Shown here: one piece after another, positions 38,053 through 49,205 of the stretch
How the letters are laid out: the number at the start of each line of letters is the position of its first letter
Numbering within the stretch: the stretch's first letter is position 1
Origin: an uncultured Candidatus Bathyarchaeia archaeon
GTDB lineage: Archaea; Thermoproteota; Bathyarchaeia; 40CM-2-53-6; DTDX01
Direction: 5' to 3'
Assembly: GCA_964608455.1 (NCBI GenBank)
Contig: CAZSNM010000005.1
Location: 4,069-68,068 of the forward strand
Length of the DNA: 64,000 nt
Program-made: the position numbers and the translations under genes
Notes under the pieces: model-generated
The model's input: only the letters and a program-made list of their open reading frames with translations
Database searches by the model: none
Told to the model about the DNA's origin: nothing

Positions 38053-39582
38053 ATGAGTGTTGGAATAGTTGGTTATGGGGTTTATGTACCTAGACAAAGA
38101 ATTGCTACAGAAGAAATAGTTAAGGTAAGAGAAAGTAAAAGAAAAGATTTAAATGAACTTATTGAAAAAATAAGATATGGATTGCTTTTAAAAAATAAAG
38201 CAATTGCTGATTTTTCTGAAGATACTATAACAATGGCTACTGAAGCTGCTGAAAATGCTGTTTTAATGGCAGGTATAGATCCATCCATGATTGGTTCAGT
38301 AACAGTTGGGACAGAATCTAAACCATATGCTGTTGGATCCACAGCCAGACATGCAGCTTCATTTATAGGAGTAAAATCAAATGCTTATGTTGCAGATTTA
38401 GAGGGAGCTTGTAATGCTGGAATGCAAGGATTAGAAATAATTAAGGATCAAATTTTAAGCGGAGAAATAGAGTATGGTTTAGCTATTGGATCAGATGTAG
38501 CTCAAGCCCCAGAAGGTGATCCATTAGAGTATGCTTGCGGAGCTGGAGCTGCAGCGTTTATACTTGGGAAAAAGAATGTTTTAGCTACAATTAAGGATAC
38601 AGCTCCATATTCAAGCTTAACCATGGATTTTTGGAGAAGAGAAGGTTCACCTGTTCCAAAACACTTTGGAAAAACAACCGTTGAAGCATATATTATGCAT
38701 GTTGTTGGTGCGATAATTAATTTACTAAAGAAAAATCGTGATTTAACTCTTTCTAGTTTTGATCATATAACTTTTCATCAACCCTCAGGTTATATGCCAT
38801 TAAAAACATGCAAAACTCTTTTAAATCCTGCTTTACTGATTCAAGATAAAGAATTAGCTGAAAGAATTAAGTTAACTCAAGAGGATATTGAAAAAAAAGT
38901 TATGCCATGGCTTAAAGTTTTAGAAATTGGAAATACATATGCTGCTTCAACCTTAATAGGCTTAGCTTCAATATTGGATAAATCAAATCCTGGAGACAAC
39001 ATTTTAGCTGTATCATATGGGTCTGGAGCATATTCTATAGCTGCATGGATTAAAGTTGAAGAAAAAATAAAGGAAAAGGTTGGAATTGTACCAACAGTTG
39101 ATGAATATATAAATAGAAGAAAAGAAATAAACTTTCAAAAATATAAGGAAAATATTAAGGAAAGGTTGGCTCGCATTAAAAGAAGATTAAGTTACCCAAC
39201 AAGAATAATTGGAGAAATTGAACCTTTAGGAAAAGAAGTTATTGAAGCAACCCTTTGTGATGGATGTAAAAGGATTTATTATCCACCTAGGGAAAAATGT
39301 TTAGAATTTGAATGTAAAGGACCAATAATGAATAAGGTTTTCCCAAGAAGAGCCTTGCTAAAATCTTTTAGAAAGTTAACTCCTAAAGAAAAATTTACCT
39401 TAAACTATAGTATAATTAGAGATGGAAAAATCATTTTAGTGGATTGTGATTTAGAGGAATTAAAAGAAAACATGGAGTTAGAGTTAGTAATTAGAAGATT
39501 AGATTATGAAGGGGGGGATGGTTTAATAATTTATGGACCAACCTATAGACCGGCTTTTAGACGATTAACTTATCCATATTAA
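38053..39582 (+). CDS. hydroxymethylglutaryl-CoA synthase fused to a C-terminal DUF35 (Zn-ribbon + OB-fold) domain
   Basis: Residues 1-350 are archaeal HMGCS-like (GIVGYGVYVPRQRI, catalytic-Cys region EGACNAG). Residues ~390-509 contain a CDGC...C...C ribbon and an OB-like fold, typical of DUF35 scaffold proteins. Confidence 0.7.
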   Translation: MSVGIVGYGVYVPRQRIATEEIVKVRESKRKDLNELIEKIRYGLLLKNKAIADFSEDTITMATEAAENAVLMAGIDPSMIGSVTVGTESKPYAVGSTARHAASFIGVKSNAYVADLEGACNAGMQGLEIIKDQILSGEIEYGLAIGSDVAQAPEGDPLEYACGAGAAAFILGKKNVLATIKDTAPYSSLTMDFWRREGSPVPKHFGKTTVEAYIMHVVGAIINLLKKNRDLTLSSFDHITFHQPSGYMPLKTCKTLLNPALLIQDKELAERIKLTQEDIEKKVMPWLKVLEIGNTYAASTLIGLASILDKSNPGDNILAVSYGSGAYSIAAWIKVEEKIKEKVGIVPTVDEYINRRKEINFQKYKENIKERLARIKRRLSYPTRIIGEIEPLGKEVIEATLCDGCKRIYYPPREKCLEFECKGPIMNKVFPRRALLKSFRKLTPKEKFTLNYSIIRDGKIILVDCDLEELKENMELELVIRRLDYEGGDGLIIYGPTYRPAFRRLTYPY

Positions 39583-39620
39583 TTCTCTAATAAACGTTAA
39601 GATTAAATAATAAATAAACT

Positions 39621-40580
39621 TTATAATAAAGGTTTTTTAATTGTTAATTCATTAACGCATTCTCCAAAAGCTAAAATTTGATATTCATTTTCTTTTATTG
39701 GGAAACCAAAAAAATATTGCAAATTAAGCTTCATTAAATCTTTTATTTTTTCTTTAACTTCTTTATGCTCTCCATAAATTGTTAAATCTGCTACAGCATT
39801 AACTAAAAAAGTGCCAAGCTTGCTTGATAAAAGTTTTGGAGATAAAGGCTTTTTTTCTTGAACAATCTCTTTTAACATCGTAAGGCTTGGTTCATATCCT
39901 AAAGCTTTAAGCTCTTTTTGAACCCATCTTCTTCTAAGAATGTAACCCGCTAACCTAACTAAAATGTCATGAAGCAACCTTGGATAATTTTTTGAAATTA
40001 AATATGGAGCATAAAGTGCAGTTTTAATGGTTTTATCAACATCTTTTATATACTCTAAGTTGCTTTTGAACTCTCTATCTAAAATAAGCATTGGTATTAA
40101 TTCGTATTCTGCAGCTAATTGAGCGGCAGTTTTAATTAAACCTTCAGCTCCAATAAAAACTAGTATTTTAGGATAGTTTTTCTTAATAAATTTGATAGTT
40201 TCAATTAAAGCTTTTGATAGATTACGATTAATTTCACTAGAAGTTAAGTAAACTTTGTTTCCAGCCACAATATTTACTCCAATGATTTTATTTAAGTTTT
40301 CTGCAACTGCTAAAGTTTGATGTAAAATTTTAAGGATATTTCTATGCCTAGCTGTAAAGGTTAATATAGTTAAAACTTTAGAGTAAGAAAGAAGTTTTTC
40401 AACTTCATAACTCATTAAATAATACCATTTCCATTCTGAATCAATTAAATGAGTTGAAAGCCCTGCTTTATTACAAAGCTCAGCTACATTTAGACATCTT
40501 AAAAGCCTTTCTCCAGAGGAGGGACCAAAACGTGAAAGCTTGGTTGCTTTACCGAAAAAATAATTCAAAACATTTTTCAC
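39621..40580 (-). CDS. hypothetical protein
   Basis: 319 aa ORF; no confident motif. Confidence 0.4.
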   Translation of the reverse strand: MKNVLNYFFGKATKLSRFGPSSGERLLRCLNVAELCNKAGLSTHLIDSEWKWYYLMSYEVEKLLSYSKVLTILTFTARHRNILKILHQTLAVAENLNKIIGVNIVAGNKVYLTSSEINRNLSKALIETIKFIKKNYPKILVFIGAEGLIKTAAQLAAEYELIPMLILDREFKSNLEYIKDVDKTIKTALYAPYLISKNYPRLLHDILVRLAGYILRRRWVQKELKALGYEPSLTMLKEIVQEKKPLSPKLLSSKLGTFLVNAVADLTIYGEHKEVKEKIKDLMKLNLQYFFGFPIKENEYQILAFGECVNELTIKKPLL

Positions 40581-40852
40581 CTAGCAACTTTTTTTAAAAA
40601 AATTAATTAAAAACATTTTTAAGGAATACCAATCTTTTTTAATTAAACGTAATGTTATATAACTGTAAAATAATATAAAAGGCTTGAGGGATAAAAATGA
40701 GCTTTGAATTAGAAAAATTTTCTGAAAAAGAAATTGAGGAACTTTTTTATCCTCCTAAAAAAACATTATTAACAAAAGTTTTGGAAAGAATAGAAAGTGT
40801 TATTCAAGCTTATCCAGTTCATACATTAGGTTTAGCTTTTGCAATAGGAGTT

Positions 40853-41995
40853 TTAATTGGAGCAACGATGGCAAACTTTAATTCTAAAGAAAAGAGCTAG
40901 CCTTATTTTTATGCTTAACTTTTTCTTGCTTATAACTCTTTTTAACCTTTTCGATATACTGTTGAAAGTTAAAGTTAAATCCCATCCTGATTCCTTAAAA
41001 GAAATTAATTTTCTGCTTGTATTTATATTTACGTCAACTTCATACAATCCTTTCTTTAATGTTTTAATGTTAGCTTTAGCCTCTATTAAATCTGGGTAAA
41101 CTTTAGCTATATTGCTGACACTTTTAGTAAACTTAATTTTAATTAATTCGCTGCTTAAAAAATCATTTGGTAAACCAATTATATAAACTGGAAAATTCAT
41201 GGTGTTTTCGCTGCTTTCATAAAATAACTTCATATAATCCCTAAAGGTTACAATGCCTTGAGGTTCACTCCATAAAGTTATTAATGCATAATCTAATTTT
41301 TGAGTAAACATTTTTTCTAAAGTTAAATGAGCATCTTCATTAAATTCTACAGTAAATGCTTCTTCCATCAAGCTTTCAATTGGGATGCTAGATCGTTTTA
41401 AGGTTTCTTTCATCAATTCTCCTCTTTTAGAAGCTTCCATTAAAAATAAATGAAAAACTATTTGAGTGGATCTTATTATACCAGCTAATTTATTTGAGTC
41501 TAAGATAGGTAAATGATCAATATCATTTTTCACCATTAAATTTTTAGCTTTCATTATTGAGGCATTTCTTTGAATAAAAGTAAGGTTTAAATTAGCTAAT
41601 TTGTTTATAGGTAAACTCCATGCTTTCTTTAAGCTTGCTTCAAGAATAGAGGAAGCTTTCACAACTTTAGTTAATTTATTACCGTCAAAAATTGGTAAAG
41701 CTTTAATGCGGTATTCATCCATAAGCCTAACAGCTTCATTTACTTTAATTTCTGAGGAAACTTTAGGGATGGAAGAAGCTATAGAAGAAACTTTGCTATT
41801 TACATTAGTTGATTTTAAAATTTCTCGAATAGAAACAACATTAACTTTATTTTCCTTTAATATAAATGCTTCATAAGCATTTTCTTCTTTTAAAATTCCA
41901 ATAACCTTTAGAATGGGTAAATTTGAGGATATTATTAAGGGTGGTTCTCCAAACGCTTCAACTTTCATTTGTTTAATTTCATTTAATGTTTCCAT
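40853..41995 (-). CDS. CBS-domain repeat protein
   Basis: 380 aa with several CBS-like repeats (V..I.E..A..L....I..LPI.D). Confidence 0.55.
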   Translation of the reverse strand: METLNEIKQMKVEAFGEPPLIISSNLPILKVIGILKEENAYEAFILKENKVNVVSIREILKSTNVNSKVSSIASSIPKVSSEIKVNEAVRLMDEYRIKALPIFDGNKLTKVVKASSILEASLKKAWSLPINKLANLNLTFIQRNASIMKAKNLMVKNDIDHLPILDSNKLAGIIRSTQIVFHLFLMEASKRGELMKETLKRSSIPIESLMEEAFTVEFNEDAHLTLEKMFTQKLDYALITLWSEPQGIVTFRDYMKLFYESSENTMNFPVYIIGLPNDFLSSELIKIKFTKSVSNIAKVYPDLIEAKANIKTLKKGLYEVDVNINTSRKLISFKESGWDLTLTFNSISKRLKRVISKKKLSIKIRLALFFRIKVCHRCSN

Positions 41996-42083
41996 AGAAT
42001 TCTTCCTTGAAATTAATATTTAATTTTTAAAAGTTAATAAGCTTTAAGCTTTGTTAAGCTTTTGAAAAAAGAGGAGGAAAAAA

Positions 42084-42629
42084 TTGAGGGAAGAAGTTGT
42101 TTCTTCAAAAGTAATTTATGAGGGAAAAATATTGAAGATTAAGCTTGATGAAGTAAAACTACCAAATGGTTATGTTACAGTTAGAGAGATTGTTGAGCAT
42201 CCAAATGCAGTAGCTTTAATTCCTATAGATAATGATGGAAAAATTATTATGATAAATCAATATAGGCATTCTGCTCAAGAAGTTTTATTGGAAATTCCAG
42301 CAGGAACAATGGAAAAAAATGAAGCGCCTGAAGAATGCGCTAAAAGAGAACTTCTTGAAGAAACTGGTTATGAAGCGAAAAAATTAAAAAAAATATTTAG
42401 TTGTTATTTGGCACCAGGTTATAGTACAGAATTTCTTCATGTTTTTTTAGCTACAGACCTTGTATATAAAGGGCAAAAAACAGAGGCTGATGAACAAATA
42501 AAAGTTGTTAAATTAAGCTTAAGGGAAGTGTTTGAAAAAATCAAGAAAAATGAAGTTAAAGATGCTAAAACTATATGCAGCATTCTTTTCTTTATTTATT
42601 TTCATAATAAAAATAAAATAAACCTTTAG
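42084..42629 (+). CDS. Nudix hydrolase (ADP-ribose pyrophosphatase-like)
   Basis: Nudix box GTMEKNEAPEECAKRELLEETGY. Confidence 0.8.
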   Translation: MREEVVSSKVIYEGKILKIKLDEVKLPNGYVTVREIVEHPNAVALIPIDNDGKIIMINQYRHSAQEVLLEIPAGTMEKNEAPEECAKRELLEETGYEAKKLKKIFSCYLAPGYSTEFLHVFLATDLVYKGQKTEADEQIKVVKLSLREVFEKIKKNEVKDAKTICSILFFIYFHNKNKINL

Positions 42630-42676
42630 GCTTATAAAGCTTTAAAAACATATTTCTTTTAGAGGTATGATTAAAA

Positions 42677-42913
42677 ATGGTTTTAGCGTATGTATTAATT
42701 AATTCTGAAATAGGCAAGGAAAACGAACTTCTTAAAGCATTAAAAAATATTGATGGAGTTAAAGAAGTTTTCAGTGTTTATGGCGTTTATGATATAATAG
42801 CTAAGGTTGAAGGAAAAACAGTAAATGAATTAAAAGAAGTTGTTATTGCAAAAATTAGACAGTTAAATTATGTAAGGAGTACCTTAACAATGATAGTTAT
42901 GGAGAATATGTAG
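42677..42913 (+). CDS. stand-alone Lrp/AsnC RAM domain protein
   Basis: 78 aa; VYGVYDIIAKVEGKT. Paralog of 4493-4729, 53198-53449 and 57780-58040. Confidence 0.65.
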   Translation: MVLAYVLINSEIGKENELLKALKNIDGVKEVFSVYGVYDIIAKVEGKTVNELKEVVIAKIRQLNYVRSTLTMIVMENM

Positions 42914-42917
42914 GCAA

Positions 42918-43328
42918 ATGAAAGTTAAAATTAAAGAGATTAAAGTAGAAACAAATGAAAGAATTCAATTAATTGATGTTACAAATCAAGTAGAGGAATT
43001 CATAAAAGAAAGCGAAATAAAAAATGGGTTATGCTTAATTTCTTCTCTTCATTCAACGACAGCCATAATTATAAATGAAAATGAGAGCGGATTAATTCAA
43101 GATATACTTTATGAAGTTCAAAAAGTTTTTCCTAAAGATGAAAAATGGCTTCATAACAGAATAGATGATAATGCAGATTCTCATTTAGCTTCAGCTTTTA
43201 TTGGTTCATCAAAAACTTTCCCTATAAAAGATGGAAAAATAATTAGAGGGACTTGGCAAAACATTTTTCTTTTAGAATTAGATGGACCGCGCATAAGAAG
43301 AATTATTCTTGAAGCTTTAGGAGAATAA
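42918..43328 (+). CDS. YjbQ/UPF0047 family protein
   Basis: 136 aa; GLCLISSLHSTTAIIINENE matches the YjbQ family. Confidence 0.7.
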   Translation: MKVKIKEIKVETNERIQLIDVTNQVEEFIKESEIKNGLCLISSLHSTTAIIINENESGLIQDILYEVQKVFPKDEKWLHNRIDDNADSHLASAFIGSSKTFPIKDGKIIRGTWQNIFLLELDGPRIRRIILEALGE

Positions 43329-43342
43329 ACCTAGGATAAATA

Positions 43343-44386
43343 ATGAAACTTAAATTAAAAGTGGAAAATTACAATATAGATTTAACCTTTAAACCTTCAT
43401 TTCTTTCTAGTCTTTATTTAACGAGGAAACCTAAGGAATGGAATAAAATAGCAGGTCATTTAGCTTTTAAACTCAACTTTAAACAAGTGAATAATGCTTT
43501 AATTGTTGAAAGTGAAGGTGGATTAACACTAGAAGCATTGCATAGAAGAGTTTTGCTTGAAACTGGTCTTTATAAAGAGCCTTATGAATATTTAATTCAA
43601 GATTTACCAAGCAAAGTTAAACCCCAAGTTGAAGCTTTAGCTAAAACATATAAAGGTGTAAGATTGCCTTATGCACCCTTAGATTTTAAATATATTTTGG
43701 TTGCTGCAACCCTTTCTAAAAGAGTTAATTATGAAAGAGTGATAAATTGGTGTAGAAGCATATGGGAAAAAACAAATGGAAGATTAGATTTAACAATTAA
43801 GTTAACTAAAAATGAATTAAAAGAAATTGGAGAAAGCTATCAAATTTTTCAGCTTCAAAAAACAATTAAAGATTTTTTAACTTTATCCAATCATTTGCAT
43901 GAAAAAGTTAAATATTTAATAGGTGAACCTTATGTTCCACCTGAAGAATATATTCTTTGGTTACCTCCTGAATTAGCTAGATTAACGCTAATAAAAGGTT
44001 GCTGGGGGATAGGCCCTAAAACAGCAGATTCAATTATATTAACAACATTTAAATCCACAAATATTATTCCATGTGATACACATATGAAGACTGTGGCTAT
44101 TAGGCTTAATTTAGTGGATAAAGCAGTTATGCCTGAAAAACATTTTTGTTCAAGATTTGTATGCGATCATAAAGCTTCTTCAACATTTCAAATTCCATTA
44201 TGCCCTCAAGCTGAAAAAAACTTATGCTTAAAAGCTAAATTAAGCTATTTTAAAGATTTAGGAGGATGGATTCAAACTTTAATTTATCTTCATGGAAAAA
44301 ACTTTTGTAAGCTTAATAAACCTTTATGTTGGATTTGTCCAATTAAAAAAGAATGTAATTGGGAAGAAAAAATAATAAAAAAATGA
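43343..44386 (+). CDS. HhH-GPD DNA glycosylase (endonuclease III family) with a 4Fe-4S cluster loop
   Basis: HhH GIGPKTADSIIL followed by catalytic PCDTHMKTVAIRLNL; a C-terminal C-x6-C-x2-C-x5-C (CKLNKPLCWICPIKKEC). Confidence 0.7.
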   Translation: MKLKLKVENYNIDLTFKPSFLSSLYLTRKPKEWNKIAGHLAFKLNFKQVNNALIVESEGGLTLEALHRRVLLETGLYKEPYEYLIQDLPSKVKPQVEALAKTYKGVRLPYAPLDFKYILVAATLSKRVNYERVINWCRSIWEKTNGRLDLTIKLTKNELKEIGESYQIFQLQKTIKDFLTLSNHLHEKVKYLIGEPYVPPEEYILWLPPELARLTLIKGCWGIGPKTADSIILTTFKSTNIIPCDTHMKTVAIRLNLVDKAVMPEKHFCSRFVCDHKASSTFQIPLCPQAEKNLCLKAKLSYFKDLGGWIQTLIYLHGKNFCKLNKPLCWICPIKKECNWEEKIIKK

Positions 44387-44388
44387 GT

Positions 44389-46341
44389 TTAAATATAGGT
44401 TGTTTCAATTATTTTTCTTAATTCTTCAACAGATTCAGGATTCATTAATGTGGTGATGTCTCCTACAGGCTCTTTTGTAATCAACTTCTTTATTATTCGC
44501 CTCATTATTTTTCCGCTTCGAGTCTTAGGCAGATCTGAAACATAAATAATTTTTTTAGGTCTAGCTGTTGGACCTATAATATGCTCTACTTGCTTTATCA
44601 ATTGATTAGTTAACTCTTCTGAAGGTGTATATCCCTTCTCTAAAACAACAAAGGCTATAGGTACTTCACCTTTAATTGGATCTGGAGCAGCCACTACAGC
44701 GCTTTCTATAACAGCTTCATGCCTATTTAAAGCATCCTCTACCTCTGCATTAGCTAATCTATGTCCAGCCACTTTCATAACATCATCTACTCTACCAGTT
44801 ATTCTAGTGTTTCCCATTTCATCTATGATTTTAGCTCCATCACCAGTTGTATAGTAGTTTTCTCCAAATCTACTCCAATATTGTTCCTTATATCTTTTAG
44901 GATCCTTAAATATTCCTCTAAGCATTCCAGGTGGAAATGGATTGCATATAACTAGGTTTCCTTCTTTGCTAGGTTTACCTTCATCATCAAGAATTTCTCT
45001 TTTAACACCTGGGAAAGGTCTTCCAGCAACCGTAGGTATAAATGGGCCTATACCCGGTAAAGCATTTATTAATGTTCCTCCAGTTTCAGTTTGCCACCAA
45101 GTATCAATTATTGGGCATCTTCCACCACCAATATTATTGAAATACCACATCCAAGCGTCTCTATCAATTGGCTCACCAACAGTACCTAATATTCTTAAAC
45201 TTGATAAATCATGTTTTTTAACCCATTCTTCACCAAACATCATAAACATTCTAATTGCTGTTGGAGCTGTATAAAATATTGTTACACCATATTTTTCTAT
45301 TATTTGCCAGAATCTATCTGGTGCTGGATAATCTGGAGCTCCCTCATAAGTCACCATTGTTGCTCCACATAGCAATGGACCATAGCAAGCATATGTATGC
45401 CCTGTTATCCATCCAATATCAGCTGTACACCATAGAATGTCTTCATCATGCAAATCAAAATCCCATTTAGTTGTCCAATAAGCTTGAGTAGCATATCCTC
45501 CCGTATGGTGAACTACACCCTTAGGTTTACCTGTTGTTCCACTAGTATATAGAATAAATGATGGATCCTCACTGTCCATAACTTCAGGTTCACAGTATGA
45601 ATCTGCTTTTTCCATTAATTCATGCCACCAAAAGTCTCTTCCAGCTTTCATTTCAACATTTAATCCAGCTCTTTTAACAACAATAACTTTCTCTACAGCT
45701 GTTTCTTTGATTCCTTCATCAGCATTAGCTTTAAGGTTTATAATTTTTCCTCTGCGGTAGTATCCATCAGCTGTAATTAAAACTTTTGCTTCAGCATCTA
45801 TTAATCTGCTTTTTAAAGATTCTGGACTAAAAGCAGAGAAAACTACACTGTGAACAGCTCCTATTCGAGTACAAGCTAACATAGCTATTTGAACTTCAGG
45901 AACTATAGGCATATAAATTCCAACTCTATCACCTTTTTTCACACCAAGATTCTTAAGTACATTAGCAAATTTGTTAACTTCCCTGTAAAGATCATTATAT
46001 GTTAAAACTCTGTTTCTTTCCTCAGGCGGTTCAGGTTCCCAAATTATAGCAGCTTTATTTTTTCTCCAAGTTTTAACATGTCTATCTACAGCATTATAAC
46101 AAATATTTAGTTTACCGCCAATAAACCATTTAAAGTATGGTGGATTCCATTCATAGATTTTATCCCATTCTTTAAACCATTCTAAACCTTCACGAGCTCT
46201 TTCAGCCCAAAAAGCTAATGGATCTTTATTGGCTTTTTCATAAATTGATTCATCAGATAGCCAAGCTATTTTTTTAAGTTCAGGTGATGGCCAAAATATT
46301 TCTCCTTCTCCCTTAACAACCCAGTTTTTTCCTTTTTGCAA
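44389..46341 (-). CDS. acs: acetyl-CoA synthetase (AMP-forming)
   Basis: 650 aa; [14 protein letters not shown]-binding motif and a C-terminal lysine region (SGKIMRR). Confidence 0.9.
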   Translation of the reverse strand: MQKGKNWVVKGEGEIFWPSPELKKIAWLSDESIYEKANKDPLAFWAERAREGLEWFKEWDKIYEWNPPYFKWFIGGKLNICYNAVDRHVKTWRKNKAAIIWEPEPPEERNRVLTYNDLYREVNKFANVLKNLGVKKGDRVGIYMPIVPEVQIAMLACTRIGAVHSVVFSAFSPESLKSRLIDAEAKVLITADGYYRRGKIINLKANADEGIKETAVEKVIVVKRAGLNVEMKAGRDFWWHELMEKADSYCEPEVMDSEDPSFILYTSGTTGKPKGVVHHTGGYATQAYWTTKWDFDLHDEDILWCTADIGWITGHTYACYGPLLCGATMVTYEGAPDYPAPDRFWQIIEKYGVTIFYTAPTAIRMFMMFGEEWVKKHDLSSLRILGTVGEPIDRDAWMWYFNNIGGGRCPIIDTWWQTETGGTLINALPGIGPFIPTVAGRPFPGVKREILDDEGKPSKEGNLVICNPFPPGMLRGIFKDPKRYKEQYWSRFGENYYTTGDGAKIIDEMGNTRITGRVDDVMKVAGHRLANAEVEDALNRHEAVIESAVVAAPDPIKGEVPIAFVVLEKGYTPSEELTNQLIKQVEHIIGPTARPKKIIYVSDLPKTRSGKIMRRIIKKLITKEPVGDITTLMNPESVEELRKIIETTYI

Positions 46342-46451
46342 TATTATTCACATCTCCTTCATTTTTTAAAAAGAATTAAAAACTTAATTCAGCTTTGAAA
46401 AGAGAACTTTTAAATCTTTCTTTTTTCATCTCATTAAAGATGATGAAGTCT

Positions 46452-47009
46452 TTAAATTTTAATTATTTCCTTAACAGTTTCTTCATAAACTTTTAGGTCT
46501 TCTTCCTTAAATAAAACTATTCTAACTTCCTTTAAATGTGAGGATTCCTTTTCTAAGAAATCTTTTATGGCTTTAAGCGCTACTTTACTAGCTTTTTCTA
46601 TTGGATAACCATAGGCACCCGTGCTTATAGAGGGGAAAGCTATTGTTTTTAAACCTTTTTCAACAGCTAATTTTAAAGAGTTTTTATAAGCTTCAGCTAA
46701 AAGTTCAGGTTCCCCTTCATTTCCACCTCTCCATATTGGTCCAACCGTATGAATTACATACTTAGCTTTTAAGTTTCCTCCAGAAGTTATTACAGCTTTA
46801 CCTGTTGGTAACCCATTTGGATATAAAGTAGCTCTAATTTTTTTGCATTCCTCCAAAATTTTTGGACCGCCCTTTCTATGAATTGCACCATCAACACCTC
46901 CACCACCCATTAAACTTGGATTTGCAGCATTAACTATCGCATCAACTTCCTGCTCTGTTAAATCTCCCTGGATAATTCTTAAGGTTGTATTCCCAATTTT
47001 TAATTCCAT
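46452..47009 (-). CDS. macro domain protein (O-acetyl-ADP-ribose deacetylase-like)
   Basis: IVNAANPSLMGGGGVDGAIHRKGG macro-domain signature. Confidence 0.8.
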   Translation of the reverse strand: MELKIGNTTLRIIQGDLTEQEVDAIVNAANPSLMGGGGVDGAIHRKGGPKILEECKKIRATLYPNGLPTGKAVITSGGNLKAKYVIHTVGPIWRGGNEGEPELLAEAYKNSLKLAVEKGLKTIAFPSISTGAYGYPIEKASKVALKAIKDFLEKESSHLKEVRIVLFKEEDLKVYEETVKEIIKI

Positions 47010-47144
47010 CTTTTTTCATCTCATAATAACTTTAACGTGAGAAATCCTTTATTAATACTTTATGGTATTATATGAGTTTTTATCCATATATGGGTTTAAA
47101 CTTATATATAACTACTTAAAATTTTTTCCTGAGGTGAAAGAAAA

Positions 47145-47675
47145 ATGAGGAAAAACTTAACCATTTATCTAAGTTTATCAACGGTTTTCGCAGGTTTGGT
47201 AGCAGTTTCAACAATGATTATTAGGATTCCAGTTGCAGCTACTGGAGGCTATATAAACATTGGGGATGCCATGATATTTATTTGCGCTTTAACTTTTGGT
47301 TCAATTATTGGTGGATTAGCTGGAGGAATTGGATCAGCAATAGCAGATATGATCGGCTATCCTGCTTACGCACCTTTTACGCTTATTATAAAAGGGTTAG
47401 AAGGTTTTTCAGCAGGTTTTATTAAAGATGGAAAAAATATTAAAAGGGATTTACTTGCATGGGGAACAGGTTCTTCAATAATGGTTATAGGCTATTTTAT
47501 TGTTGAAAGCTATATTATGAAGCTTGGTGTAGCAGCTGCTTTAGTAGAAGTGCCAGGAAATCTGTTTCAGGTATTTTTTGGAGGGTTAGTTGGCATACCA
47601 GTAACTAAAATTTTGAGGAAAAGATTAGCAAATATTTCTACTTTAAAACCCTTTCTTGAAAGGTTTTCTTCTTAA
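47145..47675 (+). CDS. ECF-transporter S-component-like membrane protein
   Basis: 176 aa with 5-6 TM helices and Gly-rich helices, as in ThiW/QueT-like substrate-capture proteins. Confidence 0.45.
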   Translation: MRKNLTIYLSLSTVFAGLVAVSTMIIRIPVAATGGYINIGDAMIFICALTFGSIIGGLAGGIGSAIADMIGYPAYAPFTLIIKGLEGFSAGFIKDGKNIKRDLLAWGTGSSIMVIGYFIVESYIMKLGVAAALVEVPGNLFQVFFGGLVGIPVTKILRKRLANISTLKPFLERFSS

Positions 47676-48671
47676 AGCTTTCCATAACTCATCTGTTTTG
47701 GGCATAAATATTTTCTTAATTCTTCCATTCTTAGTTATAATATATTTTTCTTTAGGATTAGGAAGTGTTTCACCAATTATTGAAGCATTTATACCAACAT
47801 CTTTAAGTTTAGTTACAATGCCTTCAGCTTTGGTTGGTTCAGCAACTATAAGCAACGATCCTGAACTAATTAATTGAAGAGGATCAATTTTAAATAAATT
47901 GCATATAACAATTGTTTCTTTATTAACAGGTATTTTATCTTCATAAATTTTAACACCTAAATTTGCAGCTGCAATTAATTCATATAAACCTCCTAAAATC
48001 CCCCCTTCAGTTGGATCATGCATTGCTTGCACACCTCCAAAGCTAAAGGCTGTTAAAGCTTCCTTTACTACACTAACTAAATTTATATAATTTTTTGCTT
48101 TTTCCACAGTTTTTCTTCCAAGAATTTTAGTAAGCTCTTTTTCTTTTTCAATAGCTAAAATCGCTGTTCCTTCTATTCCAGCTCCTTTAGTTAAAATTAT
48201 TTTTCCTCCAGGTTTTGCTTTACTACATGTAACATATTTTCCTTCTTCAACTTTTCCAGCACAAAACCCGACAACAATTGGACGGTTTAAGCCTGGGGAA
48301 ACTTCAGTATGTCCACCTATAATAGCTATTTCAAGTTTTTTAGAGGCTAAATCCATTTGTTTGCATATTGTTTTTAAAACATTTAATTTAGAATTTTTAG
48401 GAAGTAAAATGCATGAAAGAAACCAACTGGGTTTGACTCCTCGAGTAGCTACATCATTCGCTGAAATATTAACAGCTAACCAACCAACATTTTTTATTGA
48501 ACCGCTTATTGGATCGCAAGAAGCGGCAATTAATTCTTCTCCAATTTTTATTAAAGCGGCGTCCTCGCCTTTAGAAGGTCCCAAAATTACATCAGATCTT
48601 TTAAAGCCAAGATGCTTAAATACTATTTTTTCTAAAAGTTTTGGATGAAGCTTGCCATATGGAAAACTCAA
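47643..48671 (-). CDS. PurM-superfamily (AIR synthase-related) protein, possibly thiamine-monophosphate kinase
   Basis: N-terminal GEDAALIKIG...ASCDPI and PurM-like N and C domains; 342 aa; no HypE C-terminal Cys. Confidence 0.5.
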   Translation of the reverse strand: MSFPYGKLHPKLLEKIVFKHLGFKRSDVILGPSKGEDAALIKIGEELIAASCDPISGSIKNVGWLAVNISANDVATRGVKPSWFLSCILLPKNSKLNVLKTICKQMDLASKKLEIAIIGGHTEVSPGLNRPIVVGFCAGKVEEGKYVTCSKAKPGGKIILTKGAGIEGTAILAIEKEKELTKILGRKTVEKAKNYINLVSVVKEALTAFSFGGVQAMHDPTEGGILGGLYELIAAANLGVKIYEDKIPVNKETIVICNLFKIDPLQLISSGSLLIVAEPTKAEGIVTKLKDVGINASIIGETLPNPKEKYIITKNGRIKKIFMPKTDELWKALRRKPFKKGF

Positions 48672-49205
48672 TTAAAACTCACCATTGCAAAATTTTTATA
48701 AAGAATGAAGCTTATTAGGTTTATTAACAATAAATAAAATAACGATAAAAATTAATATTTGATTTGATAGGTCGCATAATTCATGTCTAAAAAAGGAATA
48801 TAAACCTAAATAAAAAATATGTTAATGAAATGTTTAAAAAGTTTTATTCATTGTATAAAACTCTCTTTTTAGTAAGAGAGGTGAAAATTAAAAATTTGTT
48901 TGGAATAAATATGCTTAAAGAATCATTATTAAAATTTGTGAAGGCAAAGGTTTTTAGTTTAGCGCTTTATTTAATAGTAACATTTATCTCTTTATTGCTG
49001 ATTTTTTCATTAATATGGAATGAAGTAAAATTTGAAGTTAACACTGCAGAAATGAATGTTCTTCTTTTTATTTATAACCCGCTTATAATCAGTTTTATAA
49101 TTTTGTTAAGTTTAAAAATAAGCGAGATATAAGATTTTTTCATTAAATAAAATTTGAGAATATATTAAAATTTGCCATTATCCTTGCTTACATTTACTTA
49201 TACTG

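Noticed and set aside
40697-40900. 67-aa ORF 40697-40900 and 100-aa ORF 48830-49132 as genes
   Set aside because: Hydrophobic and AT-rich with no motifs. The first overlaps the CBS protein 3' end. Possibly real small membrane proteins, but unsupported.
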